A stretch of DNA of 63,987 nucleotides, counting the filler, from Fonticula-like sp. SCN 57-25 (lineage: Eukaryota): NCBI GenBank assembly GCA_001724245.1. It is 6 parts of 6 records of this genome, joined end to end, with 100 filler letters (N's around TTAATTAATTAA, not from the genome) between each part and the next. Parts side by side here need not be neighbours in the genome. Positions count along the whole stretch, not along the records: positions 1 to 11,156 come from MEDX01000232.1; 5 more parts are not named here. The stretch is one strand, 5' to 3'. Both the position numbers and the translations under genes were made by a program. Under the pieces are notes generated by a model. It searched no databases and had not been told where the DNA came from. It was given only the letters and a program-made list of their open reading frames with translations. Below, one piece after another: positions 1 through 11,256 of this stretch. Position 1 is the first letter of the stretch. Each line of letters opens with the position of its first letter.

Positions 1-2526
1 GCGTCCTCTTCGCCCTGCTCGAGGGGCACTTCGACCACAGGCAAGTCAAATTCAATATCACGCAGCCCGCCCAACATTGACGTAAACACAAAAAACTGGT
101 CGCGCATGGCCATAATTGCAAATGGATAATACCCACGTGGCCCCTCTGAAGTGTGCACGTGCCACAGCGTGTGCGTCAGCGAGCCGCGTGTAAGCGCCAG
201 CCGCAGCCAGCACGCCACGAAAAAGGCGTCATCGGGCTTGGGGCCGCACGTGGCCTTTAGCTGGGCAAGCTCGTCGGCGGGCATGTGCGCGGCGAGCAGC
301 GGCCGAAGAATTGTCACGCGGCGGCCAAAGAGGCCAACAAGGGACTCGCAAAGGCCGTGGCGGAGAACAAGTTCAATGCGCTCGAGGAGCGCGCGCGTCG
401 ATTCGTCGCAGCCAGTCAGCTTACGAAGGGCGGCGGCCACGTGGGGGGTAGAAGTGGAAGAGGGGCCGAGGCTGCGCAGTTGGACGCGCGTGATGGCGTG
501 CTGGAGTTCGTTGAGGAGGACGGGGCGGATGCTCTGCTCGCCGACGAGGAGGCGGCGAAGTGACGCCTCGGTCGACCGATGAAGCGACAAAGTAGTATTA
601 GAAGTAGTATTAGTAGTAGTAGATACAGGAGTAGTAGATGCAGGTACTGATGTAGGTACTGATGCAGGTACTGAATCAGGGGTAGAATCAGGTGATATAG
701 GTACTGATGCAGGTACTGAAGTAGTGTCATGGTCATCTGATGCAGGTACTGGTACTGAAACTGATGCTGAATCAGCAGAATCAGAAGCAGCATTATTATC
801 ATTACCAGTATTGCCGGATGATTCATGCAAATCAGATTGCACATTACTCTTTGCCTGGTCCATTCTGCTGAGCACTGACGCGTTGACGAGCGGCGCGACC
901 GACTGGAAAACGGCCATCGCGGCGAGCGACGTGAGCACCTGCGGAGCCCTTTCGGGCTTTTCTCCCGCCGCCGACGCCGCCGCCACGTGGGTGTTGAGCA
1001 GCACAAACTGCTCCTTTGGCTCGACCGCTTCGTCCGCCAGCACAGCATCGTCCGTTTCGTCTTCGAGCCGCACGCTGCTCAGCGCACCAATCGCAAGCGC
1101 TAGGCGGTACTTTCGCGGGCCAAATGCGCGCACGAGCGGGTCCTGCTGCAGCGGCTCAAAGTAGACGCGGTGCGGCGTCACGACGAGCACGCCGCGCACG
1201 GGGCCGTCGCTCGTGAGCAGCCAGCAGAGGTCCTTGCGACGCACGGGGACGACGCGCGCAATGCCGGGGGCGGTCGACGTGCGCGGCGACGCGTACGGCG
1301 CAATTTCCGCCGCGGCGGAGCGCGCTTTTTCAGACGCGTCGGCGGAAGCGTCAAAGTCGTCGTCAGAGTCGTCCAGGGTGTCGGCCGCGAGCAGCGTTGA
1401 TGAGCTGCCGGCGCGCAGCGGCGGCGCGCGCGGAGAGTCACTCACGGTGAAGGGGCAGCGCTTAATGGCCGCGACGCTGCGCCGCCACGCGTCAAAGTCG
1501 TCGGCGTCGCGCACGAGAAAGCCGAGCAGCACGGAAGGGTCAATCGCGTCGGCAGAGACGCGGCGGGGGGAAGTGCAGTGGTAACTGCCGAGCTGATCCT
1601 GCGTGCACGTGCGCGGGTCGGCGTCAAGGGAGGGCTGCGTGCGGTGGGGGTCGAGGCACAAAAAGGAGCCGTCGGCGTCAACGCCAACAAAATGCATCGC
1701 CTGAAGAGCGCGCTATAATTAAAAAGGCGTCAGTTCTGGACCACAAATACCAAAAATGGCGCACCAGGCGCTTGACGCCGAGGCCCGCGCCGAGCATGGT
1801 GGCGAGCGGCGAGCCTGGCTTCCCGCCTGCAAAGCCGATTGTCTGCGGGAGCGCAAGCATTGCCTGCAATATCGGGATGTACGCCGGGTTGAGTTCGATG
1901 CCGAGGCGCAGCGGCAGGAGGATGATGACCGACGACGACCCGCCGGCAAAAGAGAACTTTATGTCGCTCGCGTACAGCGTTCCGTCGCTGCCGACGACGC
2001 ACCCAATGTCGCGCGGGCTGTGCTTGTTGACGAGCGCCGCGAGAATGTGCGCCAGCGAGCTCGGGCCGTGCCACTCGCCAATGGGCGTCTTGAGCGCCTG
2101 GCCGATCTCGGCCATGTTGTGGAGCGAGTAGGGGGCGCTCGAGATCTTTGCGTCCTGGAACCACGATAGAATCGTCTTGTACGTCATGAAAGAGTCGGGA
2201 AGCGCCTCGTTCTCCGCAAGGCCCCACTTGTCGCCGAGAAAGACGCGGAAGAGCGCCTCGCACAGCATCATCTGGCCCGCGCGAAGCATGCAGCCCCAGC
2301 CAGAGTCGGATGTCAGGCGAGCGGGGCCAAGGGGGGGGAAGTTTTTGCGGTACGTGAACCAGCCGCGAGAGTGGAGGTGGACTCGCAGGCGGTGGCGGCT
2401 GCGCGCCTGCTCGTCACTCGAGGACGATGTGTCGAAAAGGCCGCCGGGCGGCATCGGCGAGTAGACCGTGCCCAGCACGACCGCCCGCGGAGGCTCGCCA
2501 GACTTTGGCGCACCTCGCGATGCCAT
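1..2526 (-). CDS. ATG4: ATG4 cysteine protease (peptidase C54) with a long in-frame C-terminal extension (GRAM-like segment, S/T/P linker, RUN domain); 3' end runs off the window
   Basis: Exon 1 (ATG ~2526 to 1765) has WFTYRKNF, TSDSGWGCMLRAGQMML, GEWHGP and GFAGGKP. Intron runs from 1764 to 1713 or 1701 (GTGCG..AG, phase 0). Exon 2 encodes AMHFVG..LCLDPH..SYHCTSPRRV..IDPSVLLGF and stays open to position 1. Confidence 0.9.
590..780 (-). repeat. Low-complexity coding repeat (TCAGTACCTGCA-like and ACT units) encoding a SVPA/T-rich linker in the ATG4 fusion
   Basis: Repeated gcaggtactgat and agtagt units on the + strand; no stop codon in the ATG4 frame. Confidence 0.75.
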
Positions 2527-2832
2527 CAAACGAGTATCAACAGCACTCAATGAAGAAAACAGACTCGGTTACGACGCGCAAAGTACGCACTACAACAAAA
2601 AAGAGGGCGCGATCGTGCGCGCACACAGCAGACCCGTGACCTGCAGGTGACCTGCGATGCGTCCTTGAGGGGCAGCAATTCCCCCGATCCGCCCCAAACA
2701 CCGCCCCCCGACAATCAGAAAATCAGCAGAGAATCAGATCTGATTTGCATATGGTGTGAATATCAACGGTCCTTATCGCAGTTTTCCCGAGCCTGTCCCG
2801 TGCGGTGGAGTGCGAAAAAAAGAGCACAGAAA

Positions 2833-3542
2833 ATGTTTGTCCGGCCACTGCTTCGCGTCGCGCCTTCCATGTTTAGGAGCACTGCTGTTGCCTGCAAGCC
2901 TGGTGCGTTCTTTGCCGCTTTTTTACGCTCTCTTTTTATCGAATTTCTAATGTCTTTTTGGTGCCGATAGCTGGCGCGCTCGCTGTCCGCCATGCGGCAA
3001 CCGCCACGGTTGATGCCGCTGCCGGTGCGCCTTTTCGGCCAATTATTCTCGCTTGTTCTGACCGTCTTTTTGTGTCTAGTTGCCGGTAAGAGCAAGATGC
3101 ACGGCTCGTACCACTGGCTCACCGAGCGCGGTACGTTTTTCCTTTCCCTTGCCCCTCTCCCCTTGTCCGGCGCCATGGCTCACGTCATGCCTGCCTGCAG
3201 CGCTCGCCGCCTCGCTCGGCGTTCTCATCCCGGCCGCCATCTGGATGCCGTCGACCCCCGTTGACTATGCCCTCGGCCTTGTTCTCCCGCTCCACGCCTA
3301 CCTCGGCCTCATGGTGCGCATCCCCACGGTCATATTACCGCCCTATGCTGACTTTTATGCGCGCGCGTGTCTAGTGCGTCGTCACAGACTACCTCCCGAA
3401 GCGCCGCTCCCCCGGCATGTACATGGCCGCTTCGACGACGGTCCGCCTCGTTTCGTTGCTCGCCGCCTATGGTTTCTACGAGATGAACGCCAACGACATT
3501 GGCTTTTCCAATGCCGTGAAGCAGACCTGGAAGGCGATCTAA
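2833..3542 (+). CDS. SDHD: Succinate dehydrogenase cytochrome b small subunit (SDHD/Sdh4/Tim18 family), 5 exons
   Basis: Mitochondrial presequence MFVRPLLRVAPSMFRS; motifs HGSYHWLTER, DYALGLVLPLHAYLG, VVTDYLP and NDIGFSNAVKQTWK; short GT-AG introns. Confidence 0.9.
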
Positions 3543-3830
3543 TAGGAGAAGCCAGCGAAAGATGGACATTGTGAATGCATTTGAACGACGAGATAAGAAT
3601 AAATGAATATGTTGTAGTTTTTTGTTGGTTCAAGCTTTAAGCATGGGCGCTATCATTTAGAGCGTTGGACTTTTGAGTTGTGCGTAGTAATGTGCTCTAT
3701 AGAGTGCTTTAAGCAGCACAGAGTAATGCCTATTGTTTTAATAGGGTGCTCCACATAGACGCCTATTCGCTTGTGTGTCCAGAGTTTGGTCATAAATAAC
3801 GCTATCGCAGTTCATTTACAAACGCAACAA

Positions 3831-4598
<768 letters not shown>

Positions 4599-5068
4599 TC
4601 ACTAACGATCTACGCACGGATGGATGAGCACAGAGTTACCGGATGTGTGGATGCGGGGTCGGATGGATCCACATCCGCGCTCCGCCCCCACCGAGCGCAT
4701 CAAAGCTATGCATCGATGCATCCCGCGTTCTCCGCTCGTCTCCGGAGCGAGAGCACGCTATCCCTGCCCACCCTGCCCACAGAAGCCTCCACGCTGGCCC
4801 GCCGACGCACCTAGCGAGACCGTAGGCTGAGAGGATGAGAGGACGAACCGAATGACAAAGCGGCGGGAAACATCCACCTTATGACGTCACAACCAACCGG
4901 ATGACGTAACAATCAAACCACCAATCGCGATCGAGCAACAAGTGCACCACTTTTTCCCAGTTCCTTTGTCGAGCGATCTGTCGGAAGGGTACGGAGGGGG
5001 CCTCGCTGGTTTCGGGACGCCGGACGCGCTGCTCACGGTCGCCATTTGCGTGTTCTTTAGCTATAACC

Positions 5069-6250
5069 ATGTCGATTCCCGTTGAGAGGCGTGCTGAGCT
5101 TGTTGAGACGGCTGCGCGCATTGTTGCGCCCGGCAAGGGTATCCTTGCTGCCGACGAGAGGTGCGTGAGAGCCTGCGTCACCACGTGCATTGACGATTTT
5201 CCGTGTGTTTTCCAGCACTGGCACCATTGGCAAGCGCTTCCAGGGCATCAACGTCGAGAACACTGAGGAGAACCGCCGCGCCTACCGCGAGCTTCTCTTC
5301 ACCGCCGGCGCTGGTGCGTCACCCCTTCCTCGATGTTCTCCCTCGTGTTAACTAGCGGTGCAGAGATGAGCTCTTACCTCGGTGGTGTGATCATGTACGA
5401 GGAGACTCTTTTCCAGAAGACCAAGGACGGCGTTGCCTTCCCCGAGGTCCTCAACAAGCTCGGCATTGTCCCCGGCATCAAGATCGATACCGGCCTTGTT
5501 GAGCTCCCCGGCACCAACGGCGAGACGACCACCCAGGGTCTTGATGGCCTTGATGCCCGCTGCAAGAAGTACTACGCCGCCGGCGCCCGCTTCACCAAGT
5601 GGCGCTGCGCCCTCAAGATCGGCCCCAACCAGCCGTCCGAGTACGCCATCGAGGCCAACGCCGACACGCTCGCCCGCCAGGCCGTCATCTCGCAGGCCAA
5701 CGGCCTCGTGCCGATCGTCGAGCCCGAGATCCTCATGGACGGCGACCACGACCTGAGCAAGGCCGTCGCCGTCGCCGAGCACGTTCTCGCCGTGACCTAC
5801 CGCCGCCTGCACCTGCACGGCGTGTACCTTGAGGGCTCGCTCCTCAAGCCCAACATGGTCTGCCCCGGCTCGGACTGCAAGACCAAGTACACCCCGTACG
5901 AGATTGCGCGCGCCACCGTGACCGCCTTCCAGCGCACCGTGCCCGCCGCCGTCGCCGGCATCACCTTCCTTTCGGGTGGCCAGAGCGAGGAGGAGGCCAC
6001 CGTCCACCTCAACGCCATCAACCAGGTCGAGGGCCGCAAGCCGTGGCCGCTCACCTTCTCCTACGGCCGCGCCCTCCAGTCGACCGTCCTCAAGACGTGG
6101 CTCGGCAAGGAGGAGAACGTCAAGGCCGCCCAGGAGGCGCTCCTCAAGCGCGCCAAGGCCAACTCGCAGGCCGCCGAGGGCAAGTACGCCGGCGACGCCG
6201 CCGACGAGTCCGCCAAGCAGAGCCTCTACGTCCGCAACTACACCTATTAA
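5069..6250 (+). CDS. Fructose-bisphosphate aldolase, class I (animal/plant-type), 3 exons
   Basis: [55 protein letters not shown] (Schiff-base Lys); [13 protein letters not shown]-terminal Tyr; strong codon bias. Confidence 0.97.
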
Positions 6251-6419
6251 GCGCGCCGACTAGTGGTAGCTTTTCCAGTTTATGCAGTGTGCGAATTCGA
6301 AATGTTATGACAATCACGTGCACACGCCCAATATATAACCGAGATCCCATACACAACCGATCCCAGTCCATGACAGTATAATATTGTAATTTGTGTCGAG
6401 GTTTATTCAGTAATTCATT

Positions 6420-7235
6420 CTATGCTTTTGAGGTCTCCTTGGCCTTGAGCGCCGCCTTGAGAATTTCCTGGTCGCGCTGCTGCTTGATCAGCTTTTCATT
6501 CTCCAAAAAGTGCGTCGACTTTTCAAAGTTTTTGCGCATGGCGTACGCATCCTCGCCATCGGCGTAGTACTTGGCCTCTGTCTCGTGAACGCTGCGATCG
6601 CGGCAATCAGAAAAAATAAGGTGAAAAAATTAAGCGTACAAGAAATTGAGCGTGTCGCGGTAGAGAGCGAGCGCGGCGCGGTTCGTGACGCGCACGTGAA
6701 GCGATACGTAGGCGGCCTGGAACACCTCCACCATGGCTTTCACTGAGCCAATGATCAGCAACAATAAAAAAGGGGCGCGAGATGCGCACTTGACTGCTCC
6801 ATGAGCTTCTGGGCAAGGCCGAGGCGGCGGTACGTGCGCAAAACTGACACTGACGTGATGTGGCCGTGCGGGGCATCGACGGGATCCTCCTCCGTGAGCA
6901 AGAGTCAAGGAACAAACATGGGATGGCGGGAACAGGTAAAAACGCAATTAAAAGAAAACACAAACACAAATAAAACAATATGAAAAGCATATGAGCGGAT
7001 ATATTTTGGCGAGGACGTAGCCGACGACGCGATCCTTGTGGTCCACCGCGACGTACGTGAGCTGCGGCCACGACAGCGCGTGGTACAAGTAGTACTTCAT
7101 CTGGTAGTTTTCGGGGAGGCACGAAAGGTTGCAGTGCTGAATCTGCAAGAGATCGTCCAGCTGCAAAACACAAGTCAGAAGAGCGCGGGATGGCGGGCGA
7201 TCACGCCGTACCGTCGCATTCCGTAGGCTAATCAT
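6420..7235 (-). CDS. NAA10: N-terminal acetyltransferase A catalytic subunit (Ard1/NAA10), multi-exon
   Basis: [57 protein letters not shown]. Confidence 0.95.
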
Positions 7236-7476
7236 CGTGCTGCTGCTGCCGCCTCGCTTCCGATCCGAGCAAGTTTAGAAAAGTGTAAGATTGCCGTAGA
7301 AAATACTGCGAATGAACCGTTCATTATTCTACATCAACATTTCCGTAAAAAATACTACGAATGAGCGGTTCATCTTTGGAGAGTGAATTGCTCTTACGTC
7401 ACGCGTGACGTCACATCAACACCTAATCTCCCAATCCCCACCAGCAGGCATCGGACCGTAGAGGGGCCAGGGCAGA

Positions 7477-8330
7477 ATGGGGTGCAATCAGAGTACCCAG
7501 CAAGGTACGGGCAGTATTGCCGTCGATACACACTTTTACCTTTGCCATTTTTCTTATTATTTGTTTTTAGACACGCAGCAGAGTCGGCAGCGCGAGCCCG
7601 CGCAGGCGACGGCGCCGCAGGCCGCCCGCCAGCCGACCACGGCGCCCACGATGCCCGCCTCGACGCCTTCTCTTAATGCGCCCGTTCGGTTCGTCCTTTT
7701 TTCTCTTTTTGTCCTTTTTATTGTTTCTAATTCAGCGAGCAGGTCAGGCAGGGGCGACAATGACGACGGCGCGCCGTTTTCAATGTCGTACTCGGACCGG
7801 CGAATGCAGGAGCAGGACTTTTACAAGGACCTTATTGCGCGTACCGCAAAGTGCGTTACCAATTGCTCTATAAAGTTGTCTATTGGCCTTGTTTGCTGAC
7901 TCTTTTTGCGCGCAGCAAATTTATCGATGTTGCACAGACTCAGTCGACGCCAACGCTTGAAACGAGCGAGGCGGTCGATCGCGCCTCAAAGTACCGGTGC
8001 GTTCTTTCCTTGTCTAATGGCCTTCTTTTGCTAACTCTTTTTTGCTGCTAAGTGTGGACGTGTCCTCATCGGCGAACCCGACGTCGCTCGAGGCCCTTTT
8101 GGTGCTCCCGATCCCATCAAAGGGCGCCAAGGATGTCGCCGCCGTCCTCTCCGCGCCATCCGCGCTCAGTGCCGCTGACCGTGAATTGGTACGAGAAGCA
8201 GTTTGCAGTTTGCGGTTTGGCTTACTTTTATGTTCAGCTGCGCGCTTCGTGCGAGTCGGTCGTGGGCGCCCTCCGCGGCCTCAAGGTGACGCCGGTCGGC
8301 GACCTTGTCGTCGCCTTCCCTGAATTCTAA
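7477..8330 (+). CDS. LAMTOR1: Ragulator subunit LAMTOR1 (p18/Ego1)-like protein, multi-exon
   Basis: N-terminal MGC myristoylation/palmitoylation signal; DLIARTA.KFIDV core; C-terminal GDLVVAF resembling LAMTOR1 ELVVQF. Confidence 0.75.
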
Positions 8331-8728
8331 ACAGTTTAATGCCTCGCGTGCTTGGCTCTGTGGCCGTACGGCCACAATACTTTTGCTTTTTGATACATTG
8401 TAATACACATTATTTGCCGTGCTATTCATCAGGATCCATGTACCATACCATGATCGATGTCGGAACATGTCAATGATGTCCAGTACATTTTTACAAACGA
8501 TTGTCACTTTATCGGTCACTTTAATGGCAATATTGCTTTAAGAAATAGTATGGCTAGTCATTTATCAGCCCTGCCCTCGTTGATCCCCTTGATCCCAGCT
8601 GATCCTGGCTTCCAGTTCAACCCCCAAATCAGCCCCAAACAATCCTGGGTCGTCCCCCGATTCAGGGGCAGATTCGTTTGGTTGTTGACGTGAGCACCAA
8701 CTGAACGGCTGGACCAGCGCCAGGAAGC

Positions 8729-11156
8729 ATGGCATCGTTCTTTCCGTCGTTTTCGTCAACGACGGTGTTTGATGCGCTCGTTGGTACGTCGCGCGCCGTA
8801 TTAATATTTAGCTACTTAATTCTTTGATATTGAATAGAAAAAGCAACGTCTGAGACGCTGACGCCCCAGGATGACGTGCTTGACCAGCAGCTTGATGTCG
8901 CGGATCATATCCGCGGCAAGCAGGTACCAACTAAAACCGCCGTCGCAACGCTCCGCAAGCGCCTCCTCCACAAGAACCCGAATGTTCAGCTTCTGACGCT
9001 TAGCCTTCTTGACATTTGCGTCAAGAACAGCGGCCAGCACTTTAACGCCGAGCTCGCGCATCCCGATGCGATGCGGGATCTGCAGTCTGTGCTGAACAAT
9101 CCCGCCGTCACGCTCGAAGTGCGCAACAAGACACTGGAGCTGATCCAGTTCTGCGGCGTCGCCTTCCAGGGCAAGCCCGAGCTGCAGGCGGCCGTGCGCC
9201 TCTACGAGGATCTCCGCGTCGCTGGCGTCCAGTTCCCTGATGCCCGCGGCGTCAAGGGCGCCACCGCCATGATCGAGGCATCAGCCGTACGACATCTCAA
9301 ATTGTCTATTGCTTATCTATTTTGTATCTAATTGGGCGTATTAGCCGCCGGAATGGGCCGACAGCACCGAGTGCATGCGATGCCGCAAGACATTCAACGC
9401 CATCTCTCGCCGCAAAGTACGCACATTTTTTCCCTTCCTCTCCCTTCTAACACCTTTTCCCCAGCACCACTGCCGCTGCTGCGGCTTTGTCGTCTGCTAC
9501 GAGTGCTCGAGCAAGACGCGCGCCCTCCCCCGCCTCGGCATCACCACGCCCGTCCGCGTCTGCGACGCGTGCGACGCGGCCGGCGGCGTCGCCGCCCCCA
9601 TTTCCCTCTACTCGCAGCCGGCCTCTTCCGGCGGCATTTATGCGCAGTCAGCGTCTTCTAGCCTTTACGCGCAGCCAACCAGCGGCTTATATGCGCAGTC
9701 ATCCTCTACTTCTTCGGGATTATACGCGCAGTCATCACTTGCTTCGGGCTTTTCCCAGCCCTCTTCTGGCCTGTACACCTCTTCTGCCTCCCCCTTTGCG
9801 CAGTCATCATCCAGCCCATACGCACAGTCAGCAAAAAGCACGACAACTTCCTCTTACGGCGTCGCTTCCAAAGGCACTTCCGAGGACGACATGCTTCGCC
9901 AAGCCCTCGAAGCTTCCATGCAGACACACGCACAAGAGCAGTCACGTGCCCCACCATCACGTGACCACCACGAAGAAGAAGAAGAAGAGGACGCCGACAT
10001 TGCCGCCGCCATCGCCGCCTCCCTTCGCGACGTCCACGTGGGCAGCAAGCCCTCTTCTTCTTACCCCTCGCTGAGCGCCGCCGTGCCCGAAAAAGCGCGG
10101 GAAAAAGCACCGGAAAAAGCTTCTATGGAACAAGTGCCCAATAGCGAGCGCCTATTGGCCACGCGGCCCGCCCCTCCGCCGCCCCTTCAGCATGAACTAA
10201 GTGAAACTGAAAAGAAAAACTTGAGGCTTTTTTGTGACTTGATTGCAAAGGTAGAGCAGAGCGGCGATAATGTTGTTGGTAATAAGACCATTCAGGATTT
10301 GTTTGCAAAGTTGAGTGCGCTTCAGCCAAAGTTGGCGAGGTCGATCGATGAGACATCAAGAAGGCACAGTTGAGACATCAAGAAGGCACAGTGCGGAATG
10401 GAAGAGGGTGGGTTATGGGTTGGTTATGGGTTGATATATGGGTTGGTCAGGGTTGGTTATGGGATGTAGGGGTATCATGTATAGGTATCATGTATGTGTA
10501 TGGTTATCATGTGGTCATCATCTATGTATATGGGTATCATGTATGGGTATCATGTATGTATATGAGTATATGGGTATCATGTATGAGCATGTGTATATAC
10601 AACCGGGTATCATGTATGGGTATCATGTATGGGTATCATGTATGGGTATGTGGGTATGACTATATGGGTATATGACTATATGGGTTGTATGGGTATCATG
10701 TATGGGTATATGGGTATCATGTGTGTATATGGGTATGATGTATGTACATAGGTATCATGTGAGTATATGGGTTGTATGGGTATCATGTATGGGTAGGTGT
10801 ATGGTGTATGGGTATATGGGTTAGTGTATATCAGTGCATGTCTGAGTATATCAGCCTATCTTCTATCATTGCGTCATCCTATCTACCCATACTTTCCCTC
10901 TTTCCTTCCTTCTAACCCCCCCCCAGGAACGTATCTTGACATGACCGACAAACTCGCCTCCTCAATGTCCCTCTTTGACCACCTCCTCGAACAGCGCCTC
11001 AACCTCGTCGCCCAACAAGCCCAGCAGCAAGCCCACGGCGCACCCTCCGTCTACCTAGCAACGGCAGCGCAGCCGCCATACGCACCGTCAGTGTACCAGT
11101 CACAGTACCAGCCACAAGTGCTCGAGAGCCATTCTTTTGCTTTTGCTCCTGCACAT
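8729..11156 (+). CDS. VPS27: ESCRT-0 subunit Vps27/HRS (VHS-FYVE-UIM-UIM-GAT), 3' end truncated by a linker
   Basis: VHS ([31 protein letters not shown]); FYVE (PEWAD..CMRC..RRKHHCRCCG..VRVCDAC); two UIMs ([26 protein letters not shown]); GAT-like helices. Confidence 0.93.
10400..10830. repeat. Degenerate GGGTATCATGTAT / GGGTTATG satellite filling a ~560 nt Vps27 intron (10369-10926)
   Basis: Many imperfect copies of gggtatcatgtat between a GT donor and a ctaac..cag acceptor. Confidence 0.85.
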
Positions 11157-11256
11157 NNNNNNNNNNNNNNNNNNNNNNNNNNNNNNNNNNNNNNNNNNNN
11201 TTAATTAATTAANNNNNNNNNNNNNNNNNNNNNNNNNNNNNNNNNNNNNNNNNNNN
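11157..11256. other. Artificial contig linker (N44-TTAATTAATTAA-N44)
   Basis: Six-frame stop spacer between N runs; identical at five positions. Confidence 0.99.

Noticed and set aside
416-1048. Hydrophobic Leu/Tyr/Gln-rich ORF suggesting a membrane protein
   Set aside because: It is an alternative frame over the repeat linker; the other minus-strand frame carries the recognisable domains.
1678-2550. ATG4 ORF apparently lacking the catalytic Asp/His (pseudogene)
   Set aside because: A short intron restores LDPH in exon 2.
10370-10675. Gly/Tyr/Met/Trp-rich ORFs and telomere-like GGGT repeats
   Set aside because: These are translations of a degenerate intronic satellite, with no regular telomeric unit and an internal position.
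11157-11256. Recurrent TTAATTAATTAA palindrome between N runs (5 copies) as a biological repeat or element boundary
   Set aside because: Identical 100 nt spacers with stops in all six frames that cut genes mid-CDS are an artificial concatenation linker.
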